Counted from the first letter of the stretch, positions 36,966 to 51,600 are shown. The stretch: DNA of 64,000 nucleotides from a virus (IMGVR_UViG_3300009420_000006:15734-79733), one strand, 5' to 3'. The notes: generated from the sequence alone by a model not told the origin. Made by a program: numbers and translations.

Positions 36966-39644
36966 ATGGCATCATACCTAGATAACATACCTACCTTCAA
37001 TGAATACGTAGAGCAACGTCCACAAGATGAGATGCTTAAGGTTGGTCTGTTCAAACAACAACGTTATGAAGAAGGCGTTCAAAGAATTCAAAAGAGCATT
37101 GATAATATTGCTGGACTGGATGTAGTTAGAGATGTAGATAAAAAATATCTACAGTCTAAATTAAATTCTTTAGGGTCACAACTTTCTGGTGTGGCAGGAG
37201 GAGACTTCTCAAACTTTCAACTTGTCAATACTGTAGATGGTATGACAAATCAATTAGTTAAAGATCCTAATATATTAAACGCTGTAGGGTCTGCAGCTAA
37301 ATATAGAAAGCAACTAGAGAATCAAGAAAAGATTAATGTAGATGGTAAAGGTTCTCAATCCAATGATTGGGACTTTAATAGAAGAGTACAACAATGGTAT
37401 GATGGAGGTCTTGAAGATTCATTCAATGCACAATTTAAACCTTATGTTAATTACAATGAAGAAGCTATGAAAATAGTTAAAGCTCTTGCTTCTGATAGTA
37501 CTGAGAATGATGTCTACATGGGTAAAGATAAAAATGGAAGAACAGTAATATATGATGCAATTACAAGAACTAAGATAGAAGGTATAACTCCAGATAAAAT
37601 ACAAACTGCTTTAAGTGCTGGTCTTACACCAGATGCTTTTGCACAAATGGGTATAGATGGAGAATTTCAGTATTCAAATCAAGATGATGAAATATTTTCA
37701 CAGAACGTTAATGAAAGTTATAGTTCTACTTTTAATGCACTCTTGGAAGAAAGAAATAGCCTAGAAAGTTTAATGAGTAAAACATCCACTGCTGAAAAAA
37801 AGATACAGATTCAAAACCAAATAGATGCTTTAGATGCTCAAACTAATTTACTAAAAGAAGAATACGATAATGTATCTAGTACATTTACTAATGGAGATGT
37901 AGACAGTGCAAAAGCTAGACTATTTTCTACTAACTGGATGAGAGATTTTTCTAACTCTATGTCTAGTCAGAATGTTTCTCAAACTATACAAACCAATCCT
38001 TTTAAGACAGTACAGTTAAAACAGATGCAGATGCAACAAGCTGCTGCTCAGTTTAATGCTAAATATCAACAGACAGAAAAATATAACAAATCACGACTAA
38101 AAATAGAACAAGCTAAATTAGATCTAGCAAAAGATCCTTATGGAGGAGTTTCTCAAAGCAACCCAGGAGAATTAAGTCCTGCAGAGATTATAGCCAGAGC
38201 AGAAGTAAATATTTCCAATGATGAAAAACTATTAGAAACTAGAACATCAAATGTACTTTCTAAATATAATATTACTCCAGATGAGTTAAGTAACATGATG
38301 ATTCTGTTAGATTCTAATCCTGCTTCACTACGATCAGATATTAAACAAGATCTAATTCAAATTCAAAAATTATATAAAAAGAATACTAACTCACAAAATG
38401 TAATTACGCAATTACGTGATGAGTCTAAATTGTTGTCTCCAGATCCTAGAGGTGATGGTGGGACGCTTACATTAGATGAATATAATTATACAACAGCTGA
38501 GGCTTCAGATCTTTATAAACAATTTGCAGTAGACTATATGGATGATGTATATGTAGACAGTTTGCCGATGATATTTATGAATCCTGGATCTACTAATAAA
38601 ATTACTGATGAGTCATACGCATTAGCAGAACAGGAATTAACACCTAAAGAATTTAACTTATTTAAATTGTTTTATATTGAGGAGCAAGATGCAAATAATC
38701 CATTTGAATTTAATGATCCTTATGATGTAAATTATGTTAATCCTCAAGATAAGAGAGATATAGATAATAACATTCGAGACTATATGATTGATACTAGAGG
38801 TATTATGGAACGTGTAAATGAAGAAAGAAATCAATATATAAGTGATGAGCTTGCAAAAACTACTATTATTCCTCAAGCTGTATCTTATCAAGTTCCCTTA
38901 ACTAATACTGCAGAGAAGTCATCCTTTTCTTCAGCGTTGTTAGGAATAGCAAATGATAGACAAAGTCTTGATGCAGACTTTGCAAACAAGATACGTACAA
39001 TAGCAAATGATATTAGTATTGCTAATGTTATTACACAAAGTCTAGAGGGTGGAGATTATCAACTTACTATAGTTGGTGATGGAGGTGGTCCAGGTACTGT
39101 TCCTAACAAAGAAACTATTTCTCTTAGTGAAGCACAATACGAAGAATTATTTCAAGGTAGGTTTGATAAAAGTCCTGAGGTACAATTCTTTGATGATAAC
39201 TATCTTAACCCTATGTTAAATACTGTAATGCCATTAATACCAAACCCTAATTCACCAAGTGGTTATAGTAAAGATAATCAAACATTTTGGACTACTGCTA
39301 CCGATGGTCAATATGAAACAACTGCAGAAAATGCTGGACTATCAGGACAAGCTGACTTTCCTAACACTCAATACTATGGTGTTAGTGGAAATCTTGTAAG
39401 TGATAATAATCCTAAGTCATTAGAAACTACATATAAATTAATATTAAATATATATGATCCAGTTACTGATAAGTTAATTCCAAGCATAATGCCAGAAATG
39501 ATAATAAGAAAAGAGCAAGTAGGTCCTACTTTACAAACCATAACTGATGAAGTAATATATCAAATTCTTAACGGAACTGATGCACAGTTTACTAATGAAA
39601 AATTCAACGAATTAAAAAAAGCAGCAGAAGGTAATCAGAACTAA
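36966..39644 (+). CDS. Cargo/ejection protein, mostly helical
   Basis: 892 aa with coiled-coil segments, directly upstream of the virion RNAP gene as in crAss-like phages. Confidence 0.6.
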   Translation: MASYLDNIPTFNEYVEQRPQDEMLKVGLFKQQRYEEGVQRIQKSIDNIAGLDVVRDVDKKYLQSKLNSLGSQLSGVAGGDFSNFQLVNTVDGMTNQLVKDPNILNAVGSAAKYRKQLENQEKINVDGKGSQSNDWDFNRRVQQWYDGGLEDSFNAQFKPYVNYNEEAMKIVKALASDSTENDVYMGKDKNGRTVIYDAITRTKIEGITPDKIQTALSAGLTPDAFAQMGIDGEFQYSNQDDEIFSQNVNESYSSTFNALLEERNSLESLMSKTSTAEKKIQIQNQIDALDAQTNLLKEEYDNVSSTFTNGDVDSAKARLFSTNWMRDFSNSMSSQNVSQTIQTNPFKTVQLKQMQMQQAAAQFNAKYQQTEKYNKSRLKIEQAKLDLAKDPYGGVSQSNPGELSPAEIIARAEVNISNDEKLLETRTSNVLSKYNITPDELSNMMILLDSNPASLRSDIKQDLIQIQKLYKKNTNSQNVITQLRDESKLLSPDPRGDGGTLTLDEYNYTTAEASDLYKQFAVDYMDDVYVDSLPMIFMNPGSTNKITDESYALAEQELTPKEFNLFKLFYIEEQDANNPFEFNDPYDVNYVNPQDKRDIDNNIRDYMIDTRGIMERVNEERNQYISDELAKTTIIPQAVSYQVPLTNTAEKSSFSSALLGIANDRQSLDADFANKIRTIANDISIANVITQSLEGGDYQLTIVGDGGGPGTVPNKETISLSEAQYEELFQGRFDKSPEVQFFDDNYLNPMLNTVMPLIPNPNSPSGYSKDNQTFWTTATDGQYETTAENAGLSGQADFPNTQYYGVSGNLVSDNNPKSLETTYKLILNIYDPVTDKLIPSIMPEMIIRKEQVGPTLQTITDEVIYQILNGTDAQFTNEKFNELKKAAEGNQN

Positions 39645-39655
39645 CTAAGAATAGT

Positions 39656-42600
39656 ATGTCAAAAGAAATAAAGAAAGCACAAACAGGTATAACTCTACCA
39701 CCTATGGCAACTGTTCCTAACAGTCCTTCAGGTAGACCTTTGTCTAGTGGGTATACACCACCAGGACTTCCTGGCCCTATGCCTAATATAGCTACACGTC
39801 CTAACCTAGGAGTAGCTAGTTCTAATAGTAATAAACCTAGTGCTCTACAGTCTTTAATAAGAAATGCTGGAACTCCTGGAAATATAGGAAAGGGATCTAG
39901 AAACACAACAGCAGATGAGTACGAAGGATCTGATAGATATGATTATTTTCAACCAACATCAATGGGAGTTGATAATGAGAATCTAGCTGGACAGTATCAA
40001 TCATTTGGAAGTAAAGCGGTGAACGGTGTGGGTAAAGGTCTTATCCTTACAGGTACAACATTCTTACAAGGTACTGTAGGATTAGTAAATGGTGTATATC
40101 AAGCAGTCAATGATGGTAAGTTTTCGTCTTTCTATGATAATGAATTTAATAGAGGATTAGATGAAATCAATAAGTGGTCTGAAGATGCTATGCCAAACTA
40201 TTATACTACAGCAGAAAGTAATGCTAATTGGTATTCTCCTAAATATTGGAAAACCGGTAACTTTTTATTTGATGGTGTAATTAAGAATCTTGGATTTGCA
40301 ACTGGTGCTTATCTTACAGGTAATGCATACACTAGTGCGTTAAAAGCACTTCCAGGAACCTCTAGATTATTTTCTATGGGTAAGGCAGCAGAAACTTTAG
40401 CTGCTACAGAAAAAGGATTAAGTGCAGCAAATAAAGGAGCTGGTGTATATGGTGAAGTGAAAGCTTTATCAGATAGTTTCTTAACACAATATAACTTACT
40501 TAACCCAGCAGGAAGAGCTGTGGTAGCAGGATTATCTACAACTGGTGAAGCAGGAATTGAAGCTCTTCATAACAGTAATGAGTTTAGACAAGAACTTATA
40601 GATGAATTTAAAGCAGAGTTTGGAGTGATACCTTCAGGTGTTGCTATGGAAAATATAAACGCAGCTGTAGAAGGAGCAGGTAATTCTTCTTTCTATGCTA
40701 ATGTAGGAATACTAGCTGCAAGTAACTATATTATGTTTCCACGTATTGCACGTTCTGGATACAAAGCAAGTAAACGAAACATTAATGGATTAGTAAGAGA
40801 GATAGATGATATTGCATATGAGGGAGGAAAGTATGCAGCAAAGACATCTAAGCTACATCCTATACTACGTACTCTAAACAATATTAGACCTTACACATTT
40901 ACTGTTTCAGAAGCAATAGAGGAAGTTTCACAGTATGGAACTAGTGTAGGAACACAAGATTATTATAATAAGCAATATAATAACGAAGCAACTAGTTGGT
41001 TAACATCTATAGGTGTAGGTTTAACTAAAGGTGTCTTTAGTGATGAAGGTGCAAAGAATGCATTGATTGGTGGATTGTCTGGTGGTATAATGACTGGGAG
41101 AGGTAGATATAGAAAAAACAAACAAAGAGCAGCAGATACAGCACAAGCTGTAGAGCTACTAAATGATTTTCAACTCTCTGATTTTACAAAAGAAAGTATA
41201 TATTCTAATAACAGAGCTGGTGTTTTAGGAGAAGAATTAGAACAAGCTGCTGAAAGAGGTGATGCTCTATCATATAAAAACTTAGAAAACCAATACATAA
41301 TTAATTATCTTACTCCTAGAATAAAGTACGGTAGGTTTGATTTAGTTCTGCAAGATATAGCAGACATGAAAAAGCTTGCTTCTACTGAACAAGGTTTTGC
41401 TCAATTACAAGCAGAAGGAAAGGTACAAGATGGAGATACTAAAGAGGCTTTTATTGCAAGATTAGAAAACTTCAAACAAACAGGTAAAGATGTACAGAGT
41501 CTGTACCAATCTTTAGAACTTAGATATGGAGGAATTACTGAAAAGGGACCTGATGGAAAACAATACCGTGTTTATGGTCCAGATGTAATAAACAAAATGA
41601 TATATGCAGCTTCTACAATTGCAGATGCAGATAATCGTATACCTCAATTAACATCTGATATACAAGCAGCTGTTCCTACTTTAGATATACAACAAATATT
41701 ACAAGATATACTACGTGGAGAAACTGAAAGTTTTAATAATGCTGTAGACACTATATCAAATCTAGACGTACTGTCTGACATAAAAGATGAGTTAGGAGAA
41801 AAGCTAAATGATGCAGCTGCCCTAATTAAGATTAGAGAGCTAATGCTACAGGAGTATGAGCTTATAAAAACTAAACCTAAAAACTTTCAAGAGAAGCCAT
41901 TAAGTCAACAAGATGGTGTTAAAACATACGAGGAACTATTAGAAGATGATGCCAATAGCTTTGTGGTTAAAACTAAGAAGGGAGAACAGTCATTACAAAT
42001 AGGACAAGAGTATTTTGTAGGACAAGGTGTAAACTTTGAAGGGGAAACACCTCTTGGTGAACCAGTAGTAATAAGTAGTTTTGTTCCAGTAGGACAGAAT
42101 GAAGATGGAACTATTCAGATCAAAGATCAGTCTGGTCAGGTAAGGGATATATCACCAGATGTTTTATTAGATTATAATGTAGGTAGAAAATCTACATTAG
42201 TTAATAACAAGACAGCTAATTTCTATTACAGAAATAGAGATAAAATATTTCAATTTAACTTTGGTAAAAACTTTGGAGGTAAAAGACAAGGAAGACTTAT
42301 GTATAATAATGGGAAACTGTTTTTTGTATATAAAGATTCTAATGGTACTATTCTTAAAAAAGAATTAGCTAATAAGTTTTTTGCACCACAGCCTGGATTT
42401 GATCAAGCAAGAATTACTCCAGTAGGGACAGTTACTGCTGAACAACAAGATGCTGCAAATCAGTTTCTTAGTCCAGAGGAGTTAGCAAAGAATGAACAAA
42501 CTCTTCAGTCAAATAGAGAGAGTAGGCTTAAGATAATGAATGACTTAGGCGTAGAGTCTAAGAGAAGATTAGAGGAGATAAATAAACAGTTAGAGAAGGA

Positions 42601-45600
42601 CAGAAAGAAACTAGCTATCATTAAGAAAGATCTCGAGTCTATCTATACAATGAAAGAGGGAGGTTCTAGAATAAAACTAACATATTCTAAGGCACAAAAG
42701 AATTTTACTAGAGCTATAAATAACTATACTTCTATGCAGCAGGATACGCAAGATCGTATCACAGAGTTAGAAAGAGAACAAGAAGAGCTTGATTTAAACA
42801 TTTCATACTTTGAAGCATTTGAAGTAGATCTATTAGACCTACCAGGAAACACTGGGGAGTTTTTAAAAGAATTAAAGGATCAACTATCTTTACTAGAACA
42901 AAATGGTAAAGCTGTAAACAACGAAATAAAAGCTAACAACAAATTACTAGACTCTATTACGAAAGCTGCTAAGAAAGCAGCTAAGCTACTTAAGAGTGCT
43001 TTAGAAACTACATATGTATATGATGAAGACTATGGTGATTACTTAAGAGACCTTTTAGAAAAAGCTGCTACTGGTGAAGACTTACTAACTACATGGCCTT
43101 TATTAAAACTAGAACTAGCTAACTTTAATCTTACTAATGATATACAGAAGGAAACTAATATTTCTGAGAGAGGTGTGTTTGATGCATTGGAAAGTCTTAA
43201 AGAATTAGAAGCTACATTAGAGAGCTTAAGAGGAGAGTATAAAGCTAAGAAAGCTATTGTAGATAGATTCCAAAGAGTAATGGATGAGTATGCTGCAGAA
43301 CAACAAGCTCAAGATAAGATTGCTAATGACACTAAGTTGATAGCAGACTTAAATCAAACTGCAAGTACTAGTCCTGTAACAGATGCAGAACCAAAATCAT
43401 TTGATCCTATTTCTAAAAAGTCTAATGTAATAGTACCAAGAGCTAGTATAGGTGAACCTACAGGTCCAATACAGGATCATCATGTTAGAGCTAATACGTT
43501 TGGAGTAAACTTAAATAAGTTTGCGAATAGAAAGAATATTCGTGCTGTATATGTAACACTTAAGACCCAAGATCAAAAGCTAGATGGTGTTGTACAAAGA
43601 ATACTTGACAATGGTAGTCCAGAACTTATGGAAAAGTTTGGAGATTCTATTATTGTTATGGTGATGGTAGATACAGCTGGTAACTTAGTAGGAGTTGATG
43701 GTCAACCTATACCCAACACTAAGAATCAACTAGACAATGCTATCTATCAAACTATACCTGAAGCATCTCTTACAAACACTAAAGGTAGTCTGTTTAGAGT
43801 AGAGGATAGCGAAACAGCTGGAATTAAAAAACAGTTTGGTGTCTTTAGAAAAGGTATTCTAGACAGGACTACGATAGATGCACCTTTTCAAATAGAAGCA
43901 TCTTTTGGTGTACCTCAATATGAAAAAGACTCTAACGAAAATGATGTCTTAGGAACTACATCTGTAGTAGAAGCAGACTTAATTAGTGAAACGGATTTAT
44001 CTAAAACTAATGTAATATTTATTCCTACGACTAACAAGAATATATTTAAAGGTACAGTTGCATACTCTCAACCTTTTGGTAGTGTGTTCTTAGATCTACC
44101 TAATGGATATGTTAAACTAAGAAATAGAAAACATACTACACAAGAAGCAGAAGCTATATATGATGCTTTATATGCAGTGTCTAAAGAGCTAGTAGATGAA
44201 GATAAAGGAGCAACTAGTGATGCGTCTGTAAGACTGTTTAACTTTTTACAAGGTGTAACTTACTGGGGTATACCAAAAGATGCTAATGGTAATACAAAAA
44301 CAGCAGGACAAAACAGTGTATTCTTTAAAAGAGAAGTTACCGAATCAGTACAAGGATTAGATTTTACTAGACTTATGTTAACGTTAGGAACCTCTGTAAA
44401 TAATATACAATTTAACCCTGCGTCTATATCAAAGAATAAAGAATTTATTATTGAGACCTTAGGTCAAATGTATAATAACATTGACAATTCTAAGCTACAA
44501 AATATAGATCAATCCTTTGAGCAAATAACAAAGGTACTTGATGATGGTACTGTAGAGTCAATAGTATGGCCTAACTACCAAACTTATCTACTATCTAAGA
44601 ATATACCAGGAGGAGGTACAAGACAGGACTTCCAACTTCCTTTACATACTACAATGAAACCTGTAGTAGAGGGTAGTGATGAAGTTAATAGAAAGGGTGT
44701 ATACTTTGTAAATGAAGATAGTGCTGAAGATTTTATATCTGAAGTAGTGCCAACAAGAGTTGAAATTATAAGAAAGAGTAAAGCACCAGCTACAGAACCG
44801 TTATTAGATTTTGCTGCACCAACACAACAAACTAGTGAGGTTAAAGTTGTAAACGAAGTGTATGATCCAATTACTGATGATGCATATTCATTAAACTTAA
44901 ACTATAAAGGTCGTAAGTATGATATGGTTATAAGTAGAAATGGTGAAATAATAGATCCTTCTTATTATAACTCAAAAACTTTAAAAGATGTAGATGTAGA
45001 ACCTAGTTTTTTTAAATTTACTTCTCAAGATATTAAGAATATCTTTTTAGAAATAGAAGGATCAACACCACAAACTAGTGAAGTTGAAGGTCTTAAGAGA
45101 AATTACGTAGATTTAAAAAATCCAATAACAGATTTTGAACCTGAAGTGCAGAAGTTATTTAATACTCCTAATCCTACAATAGAGCAGTATAATTCTGCAG
45201 TGAGTAATTATGAATTTGATCTTTCTGCAGATTTACCTACTGACTCTTTAAGAAAAAGTATTGAGTCTAAGTTACAAGATGTTAAAAATTCGTTTACTAT
45301 AACTAGATCTACGCCACAAGCTGCTGAGGTTAAAGTTGTATTTGATAATAAAACAAACAATACATATACCAGTGCTGGAGGTAAAAAGATTTTGTTTAAA
45401 GTTTCTCCAAATACTAGTAATGAAAACTATATGGAAGAGGGGCAGATTTCGGTTATGATGAATGATGACTTAAAACAATTACTTGCAGAAATATCCGAAG
45501 CATATCCAAATAAAGAGCAGGAGAAAAAAGAAAAAGAAAAGCTAAAGCTAAGTATAAAGTATGAAATCCTTATTTCTATAGGAGCTGAGTTAGCTAGATT

Positions 45601-48600
45601 AAATGCACAAAATGCACAGACAGAAATATCTGTAACTCCGGAGATGTTAGCTAAGATTGAAGCTAAAAGAAAAGAAACAGGTAAACCTCCTGTAAGTGAT
45701 TCAGTTAAGGAAGCATTAGAGCGTGGTAGGAACAACATGAACAATGAAGTTCTACGTAAAGTTGTTACTGAGTCTATAGAGGGAATGAGTGAGGAGAACT
45801 GGAAAGAGGCAAGAGCATGGATGTCTAAGAATTTACCTGGTGTTAATTTCAATAAAGTTAAGAATATAATAAAAACTAAAAATGGAAGAAAGGCATGGGG
45901 ATTTTTTGAAAAGAATAGTATATATGTATATGAAAATGCAGAAGTAGGTACAGTTTATCATGAAGCATTTGAAGCTGTCTTTGCACAATTCTTATCTCCA
46001 CAAGAAAAGGAAAAACTATTTAATGAATTTACATCTCGCAAAGGAACTTTTGTAGACAGACCTACAGGAAGAACAGTAAAATATTCTCAAGCTACGAGAG
46101 ATGAAATGAGAGAACAGTTAGCAGAAGACTTTAGAGATTATATACAAGACAAGAAAAAACCAGAAGGTGGTTTCTTTTCTAGATTATTTAAACAATTAAA
46201 GGATCTTATTGAAAAATGGTTTCTTAGTCCACAGTCACAAACTTATAGTAATGAATTGTTTGACAAGATTGATGGAGGTGGCTTTGTGTCTTTGGATTAC
46301 CTTCCTCTTTTACCTTTTGGGTTATTTAATTCTTATGATACTGTTGACTTTGCAACACCAGGAACTAGTGCTGTATTTAGAGTAGAAACAGGTCTTAGTG
46401 ATGTGCAATCGCATGATACGATTGAGCACATGACATATCTTACATTAAAAAATATAATTGCAAATAATGAAAGTTTATTCTCAGTACCAGAACTTAATCA
46501 AACAGAGTTATATAATAGATTAAAAGGTGAGGTGCTTGCTTCTGTAGGACAAGTAGCTCAAGAATATAAAGACATTCGTCCTATGTTTGTAGATTCAACT
46601 GAAGATTTACAAGAAATAGATAATAAAATAGGTGAGACTGTAGACTTAATGCAAAAGATAGATGACTCATGGGTTGAGTTAACTAAAAAGCATAAAGAAT
46701 ATATACGATCTTTTGGAATTACTTTTGATGAAGCTGATCAATTACAAATAGAAGAAGATAAATCTAACAAAGGGTATAATTCTGATGCTACAAAAATAGA
46801 TAACTTTAAAAAGACTGGAGCAGCAGTAAGATTATTACTAGGTACTATTCCAATAGTTACAGTTAATGAAAATGCAGATGTAAGATTTAGCCCTAGCACT
46901 ATAAACGGTGTTAAGCTTCTTCCTATTACACAAACATATATTACTGTTTTAGAAAATGTTTCTAATGCTACTAGTATAGAGAACATGTTAGAGAAACTAA
47001 GGAATGTAGCTCTTAATGATCCTAACTACCTAGCTTTATATAAACGTCTTAGTGGAAGAAGTGCTACTGAAGGTGCAGTTAGTCTTGATAATATTACTGA
47101 AAGACATCAGTTAACATTACTAGCAGCATTGTTTAAAACATTTAAGAAACAAGATCCTACTGTTAAATTAGTAACTGTATTAGAGAATGGAGAAACTTTA
47201 GTAACTGATGCTAACTTATCTACAGCATCTCGTCAGATGTCTCAACAGTATTTAAACTCTATTGTTACTACATCTAAAAAAGGTAGTGGAATATTTAAGC
47301 AAATAGGTGAAGTGTTTAACCCAGATAGTAGAAAACTAGCTAAGTATCCTTTAAATACTTTGCAGAACATGTTTAATTTCTTAGGAGAATTAGGTATACC
47401 TTTTAATACAAAAGAGTATAATAACTTTGATCAAGGTCAAAGGGGCAGATTCAAATCAGCGGTTAATGGAATAAAGAAAAGTATTGAACAATCAAAAAAT
47501 ATTAAATTCTTTTCTACTAAAACATTAAACTTTGCTGGACAGATATTAAATTTAGCTACATTAAAAGTTCTAGCCACTAACCCAGAAGCAAGCAGTACAT
47601 TCTTTAATATAGAGGGTGAGAGAGTTCAAACTTATATTGGAACTAATGCTGCATCTGAAGTACATAACTTTATGACATCTGTAGGAAATAAACAAGAACT
47701 AGGAGACACTCCTTATTCTTATTTATTAACTGATGTATTTGCACAAAACTCTACTATAATAGAAAGAGTATATGATGCAGAAGGTAACCTAAGAACAGAT
47801 AAAGTAAATTTATTTAAGCCAGGTTATGCTGGAGGAATTCTTAATGGGCCAAAAGGTACTGCGAAGAAATCATCTCAGTTACAATTTGCTGATAGACTAA
47901 GACAAGAATTAAATCTAAACATAAATGGTCAATACTTAAACCTTGTTCCTGGAGATTCTTCTTTAGAACATATGTTAGAAATGGGTAATCCTATTAATGA
48001 ACAGGATCTAGTAGAAGGAAGTCCAAGGTTTAATACTGTGATGAGAGGTTATTTTATTTCTGAAGTAGAACTAGCTAGAGAAAAACGTGATATAGTTGAG
48101 ATAGATAATAGACAAACATCTGATTTAAGATTCTTTAAAGAAATATTAGGAGAAGAATTACATGAAGAGATAAGACAAAATGTTTTAGATCCTGCTTTAA
48201 CATCAGAACAAGTATATGAAATTAGTGTAAATAAAATTATAGATGCTACTTCTTCTTATATGCGAAGAAATACATCTCAATATGGTGCTTTTTTATTAAA
48301 GTATTCAGTTGTAAAGCAAGCTGAAAATGAGCAATCAGGAGAACTTACAGATAGGTATACTGCACCAGGTGTAGAAGGTATGACAAATATGACTATGCAA
48401 GAAATGGACAGAAAGCTTATTGTACTACAGGCTAATTATGTCATTGCTAATATAGAAATGCATAAGATACTATATGGAGATCCTTATGGATATAAAGATG
48501 AGCTTAAACGTACTAAAAGTTTCTTATCTCCTAGACAAGCTATGGTTAACAACTCTCCACAATGGAACAATAGAGCAAATGAAATATGGAATAGAGGATT

Positions 48601-51600
48601 AGAAAAAGGTACTGTAGGTCATACTGAGTTTACTAGAGATTACTTTCGAACTGTAACAGGAGGAGATGTAACAGGAGTAATAGATATACCTAATTATAAA
48701 GCATATACAGAAACTGATGGTGGAGGAATAATTTCCATAAAATCCTATCGTAACTTTAGACTTAGAACTGCAGACTGGAATGATGCAGAAGAGAATCAAT
48801 ATAGATATGATATAGCTTGGTACAAAAGACATAAGAGTTTACCACTTTCAAAATCAGAAAAAGATCTTTTAAAAGAAGGTAACCCTCAAGTACAGAGTAC
48901 ATACGTAACTCTTAAACCTATTGTTTCTGGTGCTAAACTAGATAAAGACGGTAGTGTATCTGCTAATAATAATGTAGTGTTAGATAAATATGCATTGTAT
49001 CCTCTTTCATATAGAGTGATACATGAAATAAACCCTACATCTAATCTTCTTAAGTTATATGATAAGATGCAAAGAGAAGACATAGATTATAAGATCTTTG
49101 AGTCTGGTAGAAAAGTAGGAGCAGAAGGTATACATGATACATATAATAAGGACGGTGAGTTTAATAATGCAGAATATGAAAGTGTTATAAATATACCGTT
49201 TAACATTATGAGTCTGCAATCAGAAGTACCTTCTAAGGAAGATGGAAGAGTAACACGTGCAAGTCAAATTACTAAACTTATAACTCTAGATTACTTAGAG
49301 AATGGTATGCCTATAGATTATAAAGGTACACTTGATCAGTGGTTAACTTTAACTGAAGAACAAAAACAAAAAGCATCAACTATATATGCAGAGATTCAGA
49401 ATAACACAAAGCTCTTAGATGAGATGACCAAGGAAGGTCTTAATGTTATGATGAAAAAACTTGGTATTACCAGAGTAGGTAATGCATATAAAGTTACTGA
49501 TTTGGCTCCAGCAGCTAAAACATTACGTGAGGAGTTATTTAAAAGAGAGACTAATGATAATATAAGTGATGCTCTAGATGGATTCTTAATAGGAGACGCA
49601 GTTATAGAAGCTACTCCTGCATATAATCAGATTAGAAATATATTATATTCTATAGTACAGAAAAGTATTGTACGTCCTAAGATAAACGGTGGACAGAAGG
49701 TACAGATATCTTCAGCATTATTTGAGTCTACTCGTACAAAAGAAACTACCATTAATGGTAAGACAGGTTATACTTCTGAGGTACTTAAGTTTTACAATAA
49801 CTCAAAGGGAGAAAACGTAATGGAAGTTATGGTGGGTCGTTGGTTTGGTAGTAGCTTATCTGACGAGGCACTTCTAGAATACCTAAACAACACTGAGGAA
49901 GGTCAAAAGATATTACGTGGTGTAGCTTTCCGTATACCTACACAGAAACAAAACTCTATTGATGCTATAAAGATAAAACAATTCTTACCAAAAGAATTTG
50001 GGGACAATGTTGTTGTACCTGCTGCTCTAGTAGAGAAGGTAGGATCGGATTTTGATATTGATAAATTATTCATGTATCTTAAAAACGTAACATACATTAA
50101 CAATAAGTTACAGCTAGTTCCATTTTATGGATACGGTGAACAAGCCAAGAAAAGATTTGGAGAATTATTTGATGCAGGTTCACTTCTTAATAAAACTCAG
50201 CAAAAAGAATTACAAGCTCAAATAGATTTGTTTGAATCTGGAGAACTTGAAGGTGATTTAATTGAAGCTATATTTGGAGAAACCTTTGACAATCAGGATG
50301 TTATTGATGATTACATATTAGAACTTAAAGACAAAGGTATACGTCAGACTGTAATAGATAGAATGTATATGAGATCTTTAGAGAATGAATTTATTCAGTC
50401 TACAGAGAATCTTATAACCTTTCCAGAAAACTATGAAAGATTAACTGTTCCAAATGACGCTAGTCAATTAGAAGAATTATCTAAAGAGATTGTAGACAAG
50501 ACAAAAGAATCAGCATTTAACTATCGTAATGTTGGTAACCTACTAAATAGAAGATTTATGGCTAGGTTACGTAATGCTTTTGTACAAGGTAAAAGAGGTA
50601 TTGGTATTGCTGCAGTGAATCAAACTAACTTAGCACTTAACCAGCATTCTCCAGTATTTGTAGAACTAGATAGTATAAAGTTTAGAAGAAAAAATACTGT
50701 AAACATACCTGATAACGGTGAGATGATAAGTCTTTCTGGTATCAAAAATAAAGCTGGAGATTATATATCAGACATAAATGGACAAGTGATAGATGGTATG
50801 GTAGATATAGCAGCAGGTCCATGGGTTATAGAGTTAGGAGTTACACCTACTACAGCTTCTACATGGTTGTACTTAGTTAAGGCTGGTGTACCAATAGATT
50901 CTGTAGCATACTTTATGAATCAACCTATCATTGTTGACTATTTAAACAAGATAGAAGAGAGTGGTTACACATGGTTATTTATAGAGGACTTTGCTAATGA
51001 ACTTAAAGAAAATAAATATGGCAGTCCAACCAACTTAACATCTGCTGAAAAAGAACTTCTTCCTGGTGTAGATGTATTACGTTCACAACTTGGTAAGGCT
51101 AACTTTAGTAATAGAGATGCAGCATATCAAAGATTTATATTAGATGAGTTTATAAACTATGCAAGACAAGCTCAAGATTTATTTGAAGTAACACAAGGTA
51201 CAAATTGGGATACCTCTACATTTAATGATCCTATGCTCATCTTTAAAAAAGGTCAGCAATATGAAAATGCATTAACTAAACCTATATTTAGTTATGTAGG
51301 TGGGAAAGTAATACCAGCTGCTGAAGCTTTGATAGAAACTACTTTCTTAAAAGAAACTATATTATCTCTTCAACAAGCAAGAAATGGTATAGCTGAACTT
51401 CTTACATCAGATCAAGACACAAGTAGAACAGTGTTACAAAAAGTTTTACTTCCATATGTTAATAGACCAGATAGACAATTTATTAAAATCTCTAGAGCTG
51501 CAACAAATAGTTTCTTTGATTATGCAGTTCAGACAGATCAAGATCTGAACATGTTTCTTAAAGCATTGTTAATAGACAAGAATGGAACAGCTTCTAAAGT

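Noticed and set aside
44819-45340. CRISPR-like or DGR interpretation of the direct repeats
   Set aside because: The repeats are degenerate, in frame and ~245 bp apart, and no cas or reverse transcriptase gene is visible in the window.
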